DNA from: an uncultured Candidatus Saccharibacteria bacterium
Lineage (GTDB): Bacteria; Patescibacteriota; Dojkabacteria; J137
DNA: 64,000 nucleotides
Reading direction: 5' to 3'
NCBI GenBank assembly: GCA_965230975.1
Contig: OZ246402.1
Location: 1,120,859-1,184,858 of the forward strand
Both the position numbers and the translations under genes were made by a program. How positions within the stretch are numbered: the first letter of the stretch is position 1; each line of letters opens with the position of its first letter. Positions 40,277 to 49,778 of the stretch are shown here, piece after piece. The notes beneath the pieces are model-generated. The model ran no database searches and was not told where the DNA came from. It was given only the letters and a program-made list of their open reading frames with translations.

Positions 40277-40323
40277 ATTTTGACAGAAACGTAATCTAAA
40301 ATAACAGAAGTTATATTATTATT

Positions 40324-40692
40324 ATGAAAAATGTCATAAAAAAAATGCCTTATGCCCTGTTTATTGGACTCTCTTTACTAACATTAGTACAAATACTAAT
40401 TATTTTTAAGGATACATACTCTGAGAGTAATTTAATAGAATTCACTGGACAAGCCCCTAAAGAAGTTAAAGATATAACTATGCAAAAACAAGAATCTGAA
40501 TCATTAAGTCTATTGAATATAAACAAAGCATCTGCAGCAGAAATACAAGAATTACCTGGAATTGGAGAAACTTATACAAAAAAAATTATAGATAATCGAC
40601 CATTCAATTCAATAGAAGATTTAGAAGTAAAAGCAGGGTTAAATGCTAACATACTTGAGCAAATCAAAGATCTTATAACTTATGATCTTTAA
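40324..40692 (+). CDS. comEA: Competence protein ComEA (HhH DNA-binding)
   Basis: N-terminal TM, C-terminal tandem HhH (ASAAEIQELPGIGETYTKKIIDNR). Confidence 0.85.
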   Translation: MKNVIKKMPYALFIGLSLLTLVQILIIFKDTYSESNLIEFTGQAPKEVKDITMQKQESESLSLLNINKASAAEIQELPGIGETYTKKIIDNRPFNSIEDLEVKAGLNANILEQIKDLITYDL

Positions 40693-42124
40693 CTACCTAA
40701 AGCTTAGATTTTATAGGCCTTTAAAAAAATATTTAGGAATTAAAATTAATTTTATATGCCTATCCTTGGTGATATCAATCCTAATAAACGTGAGTGATTG
40801 TGCTTTATTAATTGCATCAATTACTATACTAACAATTCTTATTTTAAAGTTAAAAATTTACTACCTACTAGTTTTTTTAATTTGTCTAATTTCTAGTAAT
40901 GTTTATATTCAATCTATCCCAACAGAGCCAACATTAATAGCAAAACCTTTTTACATAGCAACAGTCGTATCTGAACCCTTAATTAAAGATTACGAGCAAG
41001 AGATTACTTTGCAACTAGAAGGTAATGCTGGATTGAGCTATGCAAAAACAGATAAATATTCGGACATTGATATTGGCAACATACTGACAATAAGTGGCCG
41101 AATCAGCCCAATAGAGTCCGCAGGTAATCTTAGCGAGTTTGACTACAAAAGATTTTTACTCTCAAAAAAGATCACAAGTGAAATTAAAAATATAAAAATA
41201 ATTTCAATAGATAAAAACCCAAGTTTTATTACAAGTCTTTATAAACTCAAGTCAGAACTAAAAAGTAAAATAGAACAAACATTAGCAGAACCGGACAGTA
41301 GCCTACTAAGTGGTATATTATTTGGCGAAGATAGCAATTTGCCCCAAGAATTAGCCATCAATCTTAAAAATTCAGGTGTTTACCATATAATCTCTGTATC
41401 CGGATTCAATGTTGGAATAATATTTACACTTATTTATTCTATACTTTCAAAAATAATAAGTAGAAGACCAAGAATTATATTCTCACTTTTAATAGTATTT
41501 ATATTTACTCTATTTATCGGATTAGATAACTTACCTGTTTTAAGAGCAAGCCTAATGCTGTTTTTTATTTATTTAGCAAGTTATTTTGGCAGAAAAGTTA
41601 CCGCAATTAGCGCATTACTTTTATCTACAGCCTTATTATTAATTTACTATCCGTTTTATCTATTTAATTTAAGCTTTTTGTTAAGTACATTTGCAACTTT
41701 AGGAATTGTACTGCTTGGTAAACTTTATATAAACATTGCTACCTTAGATAGCTTAAAATCACTCCTAGAAGATTTAAAAACATCTTTATATGCTATTTTA
41801 AGTACCTCAATAATTACATTTCTTTCTTTTAAACAAGTTAACTTTTCAGGATTAATCACAAATATATTTGTATTACCATTTATACCATTACTAATGCTTA
41901 GTGGAATATTAATAATTATATTTAAATATTTGAATTTAGATTTATTTTTATACTTAATTAAACTAGCCACCACTACACTGTTAAATTTAATATATAAGGT
42001 AATAGATTTTATTTCTAACAATATCTATTTAGCATTTGATAATTTACAACCACTTTTTATATGCTTACTAATTATTATTTTTATAGACTATTTTAAGTTT
42101 AAAAAAGAATTTAATAAAAATTAG
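40682..42124 (+). CDS. comEC: ComEC/Rec2 DNA-uptake channel, N-terminal membrane portion (competence domain); appears split from its C-terminal MBL domain
   Basis: GILFGEDSNLPQELAINLKNSGVYHIISVSGFNVGII competence-domain signature, many TM helices. Ends with TAG at 42122-42124. Confidence 0.75.
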   Translation: MIFNYLKLRFYRPLKKYLGIKINFICLSLVISILINVSDCALLIASITILTILILKLKIYYLLVFLICLISSNVYIQSIPTEPTLIAKPFYIATVVSEPLIKDYEQEITLQLEGNAGLSYAKTDKYSDIDIGNILTISGRISPIESAGNLSEFDYKRFLLSKKITSEIKNIKIISIDKNPSFITSLYKLKSELKSKIEQTLAEPDSSLLSGILFGEDSNLPQELAINLKNSGVYHIISVSGFNVGIIFTLIYSILSKIISRRPRIIFSLLIVFIFTLFIGLDNLPVLRASLMLFFIYLASYFGRKVTAISALLLSTALLLIYYPFYLFNLSFLLSTFATLGIVLLGKLYINIATLDSLKSLLEDLKTSLYAILSTSIITFLSFKQVNFSGLITNIFVLPFIPLLMLSGILIIIFKYLNLDLFLYLIKLATTTLLNLIYKVIDFISNNIYLAFDNLQPLFICLLIIIFIDYFKFKKEFNKN

Positions 42125-42131
42125 CTTTCTT

Positions 42132-42974
42132 TTGGTCATACTAAATATTGGCTTATTTTCAGAAATTTTGAAGATAAATTTAATACAAAAAGATCAAATC
42201 ATATTTTTGAATGTTGGACAGGGAGATTCAATATTATTAACTTCAGAAAGAGCAATTGGACTAATAGATCTAGGCCCCGGCAACGTTGTTGTAGAAAGAT
42301 TAAACCAATACGTACCCAAATCTACAACTAACATTGAGTTTGTAATACTGACTCACTTTGATAAAGACCATATAGAAGGCTTTTTGAGGCTTTCAAAATT
42401 ATATTTTATTAAAAACTTATTTATCTCTTACTCTAAAAAAGAAAATTCTTTAATTTCTGAGATTAAAAATACTATTCTAGAAAAAAACATAAAGACATAT
42501 TATATCGATTCAATAAACGATTTTAAATTCGGGAATTTCAATATTAATATTTTGTGGCCATTAAATTTAAACAGTGTAAAAAATTACGATTCCAATGATT
42601 ATTCTATTGCAACAGAAATATATTTAGACAAGTGCAATTTATATTCTGCAGGAGACTTATCGTCCAGCTTTGAGACACTTAGTCTAGAAAACTCCACGGA
42701 CAAAGATTATGAAGTATTAAAACTAGGACATCATGGTAGCAATACTTCAACCGATAAAGACCTAATAAAGAACGTATCTACAGATGTAGCAATTATCTCT
42801 TCTGGTGAAAATAATAAATATGGACACCCTCACATTGAAGTTTTGAACATACTAAAATCGAATAATATTAGTACATTTGAAACAAAAAATGGCGACATAA
42901 AACTATCTTTTAATGAAAGAAATAAAATAATATTTGAGCAAGATAACAAGCTTTCAAGGCTAAATTGTTTTTGA
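42132..42974 (+). CDS. comEC: ComEC C-terminal metallo-beta-lactamase domain encoded in a different frame (possible frameshift or split gene)
   Basis: LNVGQGDSILL...ILTHFDKDHIEG...LKLGHHGSNTS...YGHPH MBL motifs. Frame offset relative to upstream ORF; TTG start in track; in-frame stop upstream at 42069. Confidence 0.65.
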   Translation: MVILNIGLFSEILKINLIQKDQIIFLNVGQGDSILLTSERAIGLIDLGPGNVVVERLNQYVPKSTTNIEFVILTHFDKDHIEGFLRLSKLYFIKNLFISYSKKENSLISEIKNTILEKNIKTYYIDSINDFKFGNFNINILWPLNLNSVKNYDSNDYSIATEIYLDKCNLYSAGDLSSSFETLSLENSTDKDYEVLKLGHHGSNTSTDKDLIKNVSTDVAIISSGENNKYGHPHIEVLNILKSNNISTFETKNGDIKLSFNERNKIIFEQDNKLSRLNCF

Positions 42975-43062
42975 TTTGCAAAAGCTTTAAACAAACGATA
43001 TAATTTCGTGCTTTAAAGCCTACCTGTATTGGGTAAATTTTAGTATAATTAGCTACACAAAT

Positions 43063-43251
43063 ATGGCAAAGTCAAGTAAAAAGAACAAAACAAATGTTTA
43101 CAGATATTTCAGCACTGAAACTGGTGAGCACTATACAGTAAGGCTGTCAAAGAATGCTGTAGAGAAGTTAACTGGACAAACTATTAGCAAATATAGCAGA
43201 AAACTTAGAAAGCACTTGGATTTCAAACTTTCTAAGAAAGTTGGTAAATAA
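43063..43251 (+). CDS. rpmG: 50S ribosomal protein L33
   Basis: 62 aa, basic; canonical position upstream of tRNA-Trp-secE-nusG. Confidence 0.8.
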   Translation: MAKSSKKNKTNVYRYFSTETGEHYTVRLSKNAVEKLTGQTISKYSRKLRKHLDFKLSKKVGK

Positions 43252-43273
43252 TAGCGAGTTGCGAAGCTCATGA

Positions 43274-43345
43274 GCGAGTGTCGGTTAATTGGTAAACCAC
43301 TGGTCTCCAAAACCAGGACTCTCAGTTCGAGTCTGAGCGCTCGTG
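43274..43345 (+). tRNA. tRNA-Trp (anticodon CCA)
   Basis: GCGAGTGTCGGTTAATTGGTAAACCACTGGTCTCCAAAACCAG...CTCAGTTCGAGTCTGAG; discriminator G. Confidence 0.8.
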
Positions 43346-43358
43346 TTCTTATAAAAAT

Positions 43359-43547
43359 ATGAATATTTTAAAAAAACCATACAACTTTATAGTACAAACT
43401 CTAAATGAGTTAAAAAAAGTAGAATGGTTAAGCAAAAAACTTACTGTTAAATACACAATTTTAATAGTAAGCTGCTTAGTTATAGGTACTTTATTTATAC
43501 TTTTTGTAGATCAGATTTTTGTACAAATCAGATCACTAGTAATTTAA
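43359..43547 (+). CDS. secE: Preprotein translocase subunit SecE
   Basis: 62 aa, ELKKVEWLSKKL followed by a single TM helix. Confidence 0.8.
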   Translation: MNILKKPYNFIVQTLNELKKVEWLSKKLTVKYTILIVSCLVIGTLFILFVDQIFVQIRSLVI

Positions 43548-43571
43548 ATTGCAATTTTTAATTCTAAAATA

Positions 43572-44162
43572 ATGGCTAAGAAAAAAGAGGCAGTAACAGA
43601 ACAAACTAGCGAAGTTGTTGAAGTCAAAAAGGAGAATGATAAGGCAAGGTGGTACGTAATTAGCTCAAACTCTAATCAAGAGAAGAAAACTGCAAGAATG
43701 ATAGATCAAACAGTAAAAGCAAACAATCTAGACCATTTAGTAATAGATGTCGTTGTTCCAACTCAAGAAAAAATTGTAATGAAAAACGGTAAAAAGAAAA
43801 CCTTGGTTGAAGTAATTCACAAAGGTTATGTTTATGTAAAAATGGAGCCAACCGAAGAAGTTATCCATTTAATAAGAAACACAGAAGGCGTTAGAGGCTT
43901 TCTAGGAATGACAGCACAATCTAAAAATCCAACACCATTATCAGAAAAGGATTTAAACTTTATAGAAATTAAAAAACAAACAACATTTAAAACCAGCTTT
44001 GAAGTTGGAGATGTTGTTAAAGTTGTTTCAGGCACTTGGGCAGATTTTAGAGGTCCAATTAAAGAAGTAAATGAAGCTAAGGGACAAGTTGTAGTACTCT
44101 TCTCTCTTTTTGGAAGAGATACACCTGTTACATTAGATTTCTTAGAAGTACAAAAAATATAA
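43572..44162 (+). CDS. nusG: Transcription termination/antitermination factor NusG
   Basis: NGN domain (ARWYVISS), C-terminal KOW (GDVVKVVSGTWADFRGPIKEV). Confidence 0.9.
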   Translation: MAKKKEAVTEQTSEVVEVKKENDKARWYVISSNSNQEKKTARMIDQTVKANNLDHLVIDVVVPTQEKIVMKNGKKKTLVEVIHKGYVYVKMEPTEEVIHLIRNTEGVRGFLGMTAQSKNPTPLSEKDLNFIEIKKQTTFKTSFEVGDVVKVVSGTWADFRGPIKEVNEAKGQVVVLFSLFGRDTPVTLDFLEVQKI

Positions 44163-44187
44163 TTTATTTGAAGAAAAGATAAATAAC

Positions 44188-44613
44188 ATGGCAAAAGAGA
44201 TAACAAATGTATTCAAACTACAAATTCAAGCTGGTAAAGCAAATCCAGCACCTCCAATTGGACCTATCTTAGGTCAAAATGGAATTAATATTCAACAATT
44301 CTGCCAAGAATTTAATGCAAAAACAGCTGCTATGGGTAATGACGAAATCCCTGTAGTTGTAACTGTCTTTAAAGATAGAAGCTTTAAAATGGTTTTAAAG
44401 CAACCAACAGTGGCAGGAATGATTAAGAAGAAATTCAGAATAGAAAAAGGATCTGCAACCCCAAATAAAGATAAAGTAGCAAAAATTAAAAGAAAAGATT
44501 TGCAAGAGATTGCAGAAAAAAAATTACCTGATTTAAATACTAAAAAACTAGACTCTGCTCTTAAAATTGTAGAAGGTACTGCAAAAAGCTTAGGGGCTGA
44601 AGTTATAGATTAA
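44188..44613 (+). CDS. rplK: 50S ribosomal protein L11
   Basis: KLQIQAGKANPAPPIGPILGQNGINIQQFCQEFN. Confidence 0.95.
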   Translation: MAKEITNVFKLQIQAGKANPAPPIGPILGQNGINIQQFCQEFNAKTAAMGNDEIPVVVTVFKDRSFKMVLKQPTVAGMIKKKFRIEKGSATPNKDKVAKIKRKDLQEIAEKKLPDLNTKKLDSALKIVEGTAKSLGAEVID

Positions 44614-44641
44614 TTAATTAAAGCCAATTGAAATAAAAAAT

Positions 44642-45304
44642 ATGGATAAGAACGAGACAAAAACACTAACAGAATCTATTGAATTTGTTAAATCAAATTC
44701 TAAGAGCAAGTTTGTAGGATCTGTAAATTTAGACATCCTTTTAAATCTTAAAGATAAAAAGGAAGTGGTGAGAGGGAGCGTTACTTTTCCATACTCACTA
44801 GGAGATGAAAAAAAAGTTATAGTTTTTGCAGATGAAAAAGATGCAAAAGTAGCCTTAGCAGCAGGTGCTGATAAGGCAGGATTAGATGATTTACTTGAAG
44901 AGGTTTTAGGTGGATACACTGATTTTGATGTTGTTATATCAACTCAAAGTGCAATGCCAAAGATAGTAAGAGCAGCTAAGATTTTGGGTCCTAAAGGATT
45001 AATGCCAAACCCTAAAAACGGAACAGTTGTACCTGCTACAGATATTGAAAAAGCAGTAAAGAGTTTTAAAGCAGGAAAAATAAACTTTAAAAGTATTCAA
45101 GATCAAGGTGCTATTAAGTTAAAAGTTGGGAAGGTAGATATGCCTACAGAAAACTTAACTGCTAACATTTTAGAAGTTCTAAAATCAATAATGGCAGAAA
45201 CAAAAAAGTCTGGTTCTGCAATATTTAAGAAAGTAGTATTGAGCCCTACTATGGGTGCTAGCGTAAAGGTAGATGTAAGTGATATAATGCAAAACATTAA
45301 GTAA
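44642..45304 (+). CDS. rplA: 50S ribosomal protein L1
   Basis: 220 aa, L1 fold motifs, conserved position. Confidence 0.9.
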   Translation: MDKNETKTLTESIEFVKSNSKSKFVGSVNLDILLNLKDKKEVVRGSVTFPYSLGDEKKVIVFADEKDAKVALAAGADKAGLDDLLEEVLGGYTDFDVVISTQSAMPKIVRAAKILGPKGLMPNPKNGTVVPATDIEKAVKSFKAGKINFKSIQDQGAIKLKVGKVDMPTENLTANILEVLKSIMAETKKSGSAIFKKVVLSPTMGASVKVDVSDIMQNIK

Positions 45305-45435
45305 TTTAAAAAAGTCAAAGACAGCAGGTTTTCTAGCAATCTTGAAAATAAATTTCCTGCCGAGACGCAATAAACTTATACTTAATTATTGATATTTAGA
45401 GTAATACTCTATTTTATTAGTAATTAGGTATAACA

Positions 45436-45461
45436 TAAGGCGCCTTGGGCGTCTTTTTTTG
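45436..45461 (+). promoter_or_regulatory. L10 leader attenuator/terminator hairpin between rplA and rplJ
   Basis: AGGCGC-CTTGG-GCGTCT stem-loop followed by TTTTTTT inside the 225-nt rplJ leader. Confidence 0.6.
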
Positions 45462-45529
45462 ACCTTATTAAAGCAAAGAATCCTTTAAAAAGGAAACCGT
45501 GAAAGCGGAATATATTTTATTTAAACAAA

Positions 45530-46066
45530 ATGGCAAAAACTAAAGCACAAAAAAAGCAATTAGTTGATAAATACAAAACAAAATTGCAAAACGCTAAGGG
45601 AGTGATTGTCGTAAGACCATCAAAACTAACACCTAACGAAACAAATGACTTTAGAAGAGACCTTTATGATGTTAATGCAGACTTTAACATTGTAAAGAAT
45701 TCCATTTTCAAAATTGCATTAAAAGATCTTGAGTTACCAGAGTTAGAATCTTTGGCAACTGGAGAGCATGCAGTTTTATTCATGGGAGAAGACATTGTTT
45801 CTGCATCAAAAGCTTTAAAAAAGTTTACAGATGCAACAAAAAGCAAAGATGGAGACCTTAAGGTTGACATTATTGCTGGAATCTTAGATGGCCAATTGCT
45901 ATCAAAAGAACAGGCAGCAGAAATTGCAGAAATGCCAGACAAGAAAGGAAGCGTTGCTATGATCTTAGGTATCTTAGATCAAGCTATGTCTGGAGTGGTT
46001 AATGTATTGGAAGATGCTCCAAGAGCATACGTTTCAATTATTGATCAAGCTTTCAAAAGTGAGTAA
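45530..46066 (+). CDS. rplJ: 50S ribosomal protein L10
   Basis: 178 aa, L10 N-terminal domain. Confidence 0.9.
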   Translation: MAKTKAQKKQLVDKYKTKLQNAKGVIVVRPSKLTPNETNDFRRDLYDVNADFNIVKNSIFKIALKDLELPELESLATGEHAVLFMGEDIVSASKALKKFTDATKSKDGDLKVDIIAGILDGQLLSKEQAAEIAEMPDKKGSVAMILGILDQAMSGVVNVLEDAPRAYVSIIDQAFKSE

Positions 46067-46162
46067 TTAGCTTGTGGTTGCAAGTTAAAGTCTGTAGTAA
46101 TAACTACAAACAATAAACTTAAAACTACTAACTATTAAATTTTATTTATTAAAACAACAAAA

Positions 46163-46555
46163 ATGGCAAGCGATAAAGTACAAAAAATTGTTGATAGCAT
46201 TAAAGAGCTTACTGTTGTTGAAGCTTTTGATTTAAAAAAAGCTTTAGAAGAAGCATTTGATGTTAAAGCATCTGCTCCAATGGCTATGATGGCAATGCCA
46301 GCAGCAGGAGCCGCAGCAGAACCAGTAGAAGAGAAAACAGAATTTGATGTTATCTTAACTGATGCTGGAGCAAACAAGATTGGCGTAATCAAAGTTGTTA
46401 AGAATATTACAGGCTTAGGCTTAAAAGAAGCTAAAGACCTAGTAGATTCTGTAGCAAGTGGTGCTAAACCAATTAAAGAAGCTGCTAAGAAAGAAGAAGC
46501 TGAAGATATCAAAAAACAAATCGAAGCTGAAGGTGGAAAAGTTGAGGTTAAATAA
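46163..46555 (+). CDS. rplL: 50S ribosomal protein L7/L12
   Basis: Ala/Met-rich hinge, C-terminal domain [24 protein letters not shown]. Confidence 0.95.
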   Translation: MASDKVQKIVDSIKELTVVEAFDLKKALEEAFDVKASAPMAMMAMPAAGAAAEPVEEKTEFDVILTDAGANKIGVIKVVKNITGLGLKEAKDLVDSVASGAKPIKEAAKKEEAEDIKKQIEAEGGKVEVK

Positions 46556-46588
46556 TCTCAACTTTAGCTAACTTAGCTAAGTTATACA

Positions 46589-46633
46589 AGCCCCTGAAAA
46601 TCTAGATTTAATTTAGGTTTCAGGGGCTTTTTA
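46589..46633 (+). terminator. Strong Rho-independent terminator after rplL
   Basis: AGCCCCTGAAA...TTTCAGGGGCT followed by TTTTT. Confidence 0.85.
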
Positions 46634-46744
46634 GACCAAAAAATGCTATAATGCATGTAGGGTTTTAGCTTAAATTTATATTATCAGTTAAGGGTTTCTC
46701 AAAAAAGCTAGGACAAAAAACTACTAATTTTAACAGTCAAAAAA

Positions 46745-47482
46745 ATGGACATTATTTTTAATTTTTTAATAGAATACGGAGTAAAGTATTCCGATATAAT
46801 CATACTTCAAAGGTTATTCTTAATACTTTTATTAATTCCTATAGTTGCAACTATTATTGGCATTGCCAGATATGTAATAGGTTTAAGAAGTATAAACTTC
46901 TACTCTCCTCTATTTGCAAGTTTTGTATTTTTTGATATAGCAAATAATAGCGGGTCTGAAGTTAACTTTATTACCGGGCTTAAATATGGTTTATTGTTTT
47001 ATGTATGCATCTTTATAACATCTACATTGTTCTATAAATTATTGAAAAAACTAAGAATGCATTATATTCCAAAGCTTTCATTAATCATTACAGCAACATC
47101 TATTACTATGATGATTGTAATTACCCTAATGGTATTGTTAGAAAGAACACTCCCTCTATCATTTGCACCTTTCTTATTTATTGCGCTTATTGTAAGTTCA
47201 GAAGGATTTATGGCAGTTTATGCAAAAAAGAATTTTAAATACACTGCAAGATTAGCATTTGAAACACTATTAATTACACTAATTTCATATGCTGTTATAT
47301 CTATTAACGCTATTCAGTATTTTGTTTTAAATAATCCATGGTCAATATTACTTCTAATAGTAATTAACCTTTATGTTGGGAGATTTTTAGGATTAAGATT
47401 GACTGAATATTTTAGATTTCGAACTATTCTACTTAACAAAGATTTAGTTGATGAACACAATAAGTCTAATACTAAAAAATAG
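46745..47482 (+). CDS. Polytopic (6-7 TM) membrane protein, first gene of the ATP-grasp locus
   Basis: 245 aa, hydrophobic helices throughout. Preceded by an extended -10 TGCTATAAT at about 46643-46651. Confidence 0.55.
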   Translation: MDIIFNFLIEYGVKYSDIIILQRLFLILLLIPIVATIIGIARYVIGLRSINFYSPLFASFVFFDIANNSGSEVNFITGLKYGLLFYVCIFITSTLFYKLLKKLRMHYIPKLSLIITATSITMMIVITLMVLLERTLPLSFAPFLFIALIVSSEGFMAVYAKKNFKYTARLAFETLLITLISYAVISINAIQYFVLNNPWSILLLIVINLYVGRFLGLRLTEYFRFRTILLNKDLVDEHNKSNTKK

Positions 47483-48872
47483 AAAGCTTGTTTTAGGTAG
47501 AAATGAGCGTCAGTTAATATTCATAAAAAAGAATAATCTTAAGCCTGCAAAAAAAATTGCAGATAATAAAGTTTTAACAAAAAAAGTTCTTAGCAAAGCT
47601 GGCATCCCAGTACCAAAAAAGATTAAAGTTATTAGGTCTAAAGAAGATTTAGAGGTTTTTGATTTCAATTCTTTACCAAAGAGCTTTGTTGTTAAACCGG
47701 TAAGAGGTACTCGTGGAGGTGGTATTGAAATTTTTTATAATAAAGCTAAAAACGGTAGTTTTGTAAGGGCAGATAGAACTAGAATGAGTGTGCAAGATTT
47801 AAAATCTCACTGCCAAGATATTATAGATGGTAAATACTCTCTTTTTAATGAGCCAGATATTATTTTGATAGAAGAACGGGTACAAAATCATAAAAATTTT
47901 AAAAACTACACTTATAAAGGAACTCCCGATATTAGAATTATTGTATACAACAAAATTCCCATAATGTCTTATATTAGAATCCCTACAAGACAATCTGAGG
48001 GTAAGGCAAATTTAGACTTGGGAGCTATAGGTGTTGGGATTGATATTGCTGTTGGAAAAACTACAACTGCTATTATTGGAAAGTCTACCCCGATTGACAG
48101 TGTTCCAGATACAAAACTATCTTTATCTGGTTTGAAAATCCCATATTGGGATAAGATTTTAAGGTATGCAATTGAGGCAAGTGTAGCTACAAAATTGGGG
48201 TTTGCTGCTGTAGATTTTTTGATAGATAAAGAAAAGGGGCCTATGATTGTAGAACTAAATGCTAGACCCGGGCTTTCTATTCAAATTGCAAATCATGATG
48301 GTTTAAGGTGGAGATTAAAAAAAGCCAAGGGTTTAAAGGTTAAGAGTGTTGAACATGGTATTAGATTAGGCAAAAATTTATTTGGCGGAGAAATTGAAGA
48401 AGAGGTTGAAGAAATTACAGGAAAACAGGTGATAGGCCTTGTTGAGAAGGTAAAATTAATAGGCAAAAATGGAGCTGAGATCGAGGTAGAAGCTAAGATT
48501 GACACTGGAGCAGGTATGACTTCAATTGATGAGTCATTGGCGGTAGAATTAGGTTATAATAATGCAATTGAGTATTCTAAAAATATTCTTTCAGAGGCTC
48601 CTACTTTTACATCTATTGAAGAAGCAAAAAAATATTCAGAAGCTAATAAATTAAATTTCACTTTAGAAAAACACGAGGATATTGTAGGAACAGCTATTAT
48701 TAAAGCATCGAATGGTATAGGATATAGAATAAGCGTACCAGTAAAACTAAATATTTCAGGGTTAGAGCTTGAATCTTATGGGAATATTGCTACAAGAGGC
48801 AATCTAGATTTTAAAATGATTATTGGAAGCAGAGATTTAAAGAAATTTTTAATTGATCCAAGTAAAAAATAA
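47448..48872 (+). CDS. RimK-like ATP-grasp ligase fused to C-terminal retropepsin-like (DTG) peptidase domain
   Basis: ATP-grasp motifs VVKPVRGTRGGGIEIF, DIRIIVYNKIP, DFLIDKEKGPMIVELNARPGL. C-terminal EAKIDTGAGMTSID aspartic-protease-like motif. Overlaps upstream gene by 35 nt. Confidence 0.65.
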   Translation: MMNTISLILKNRKLVLGRNERQLIFIKKNNLKPAKKIADNKVLTKKVLSKAGIPVPKKIKVIRSKEDLEVFDFNSLPKSFVVKPVRGTRGGGIEIFYNKAKNGSFVRADRTRMSVQDLKSHCQDIIDGKYSLFNEPDIILIEERVQNHKNFKNYTYKGTPDIRIIVYNKIPIMSYIRIPTRQSEGKANLDLGAIGVGIDIAVGKTTTAIIGKSTPIDSVPDTKLSLSGLKIPYWDKILRYAIEASVATKLGFAAVDFLIDKEKGPMIVELNARPGLSIQIANHDGLRWRLKKAKGLKVKSVEHGIRLGKNLFGGEIEEEVEEITGKQVIGLVEKVKLIGKNGAEIEVEAKIDTGAGMTSIDESLAVELGYNNAIEYSKNILSEAPTFTSIEEAKKYSEANKLNFTLEKHEDIVGTAIIKASNGIGYRISVPVKLNISGLELESYGNIATRGNLDFKMIIGSRDLKKFLIDPSKK

Positions 48873-49774
48873 TGAAAAAAGTATTAATTACCTTCAAAAA
48901 AGAAGAAACAACTCCTAGACTCCAAGAATTAACAAATAGTATCAAAAAGTATCTAAATGAGGAGATCGAGATCGTTGCTTCTTACGGCTATAGTAATTTA
49001 GAGATTTACAGTGACCCACTAGCAGGGTTAAAGATAAAAATAAATGATCATGATATTTCAAAATTTGAAGTGGTATATATGTATACATTAAGCTCAGCTA
49101 ATTATGATATATCTTGTTTGATTGCACAGTTCTGCGAGTATAAAGGTATCAAATACATAAATTCTCGAGAAAAATTTAATTACCATGTTGGGAAAATATT
49201 GCAAAAAGTTCTATTAACTCTAAATAATATTCCAACCCCAAGGTTTTATTTTTCAAATAACCTTTCTACTCTGTCCTACGATTATCTTTCAAACTTAATT
49301 GGTGAAAGATTTATTTTAAAACAATCTAAAGCAAACTTAGGGAAAAAGGTTTTTTTGATAAATAACGAAGAGGAATTAATTACAAAATTGTCTAGTATAA
49401 AGCATAACGATGATAATGATGGTCTTTGGTTTATAGAAGAATTCATACCCCATAAGAATACCTATAGAGGTTTTGTAAGTGGCGAAGAGTGCAAAACACA
49501 AATACATGTATCAAAAGAAGTAGATTCATTTAAAACTAATCACGGTCAAGCTGTTTTTAGTCGAGAAGTCATTGCAGAAGTTAAAGAACTTGCCGTTAGG
49601 GCAGCTCAATTGCTTGAATTGCAGGTATCTGGGGTAGACATTGTTTTCGATGAAAATGATAAAAAATATAAAGTATTTGAAGTTAACAAATCACCTGGAA
49701 TTACTATTAAAGATACCTTAGAATCATTTGAAGCAGAAGACATTGCAAATTATATAAATAATCTTTTAAATTAA
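48872..49774 (+). CDS. Second ATP-grasp family ligase
   Basis: ANLGKKVFLI, FIEEFIP, VSGVDIVFDE...VFEVNKSPGI motifs. ATGA start/stop overlap with upstream gene. Confidence 0.55.
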   Translation: MKKVLITFKKEETTPRLQELTNSIKKYLNEEIEIVASYGYSNLEIYSDPLAGLKIKINDHDISKFEVVYMYTLSSANYDISCLIAQFCEYKGIKYINSREKFNYHVGKILQKVLLTLNNIPTPRFYFSNNLSTLSYDYLSNLIGERFILKQSKANLGKKVFLINNEEELITKLSSIKHNDDNDGLWFIEEFIPHKNTYRGFVSGEECKTQIHVSKEVDSFKTNHGQAVFSREVIAEVKELAVRAAQLLELQVSGVDIVFDENDKKYKVFEVNKSPGITIKDTLESFEAEDIANYINNLLN

Positions 49775-49778
49775 TATA

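Noticed and set aside
43832-44919. Antisense ORFs (124 aa and 101 aa) within nusG/rplK/rplA
   Set aside because: Overlap strongly conserved ribosomal-operon genes on the other strand; no independent support.
46135-46512. 125-aa Ala/Ser-rich minus-strand ORF
   Set aside because: Antisense to rplL; the Ala-rich frame is a by-product of the GC-rich L7/L12 hinge codons.
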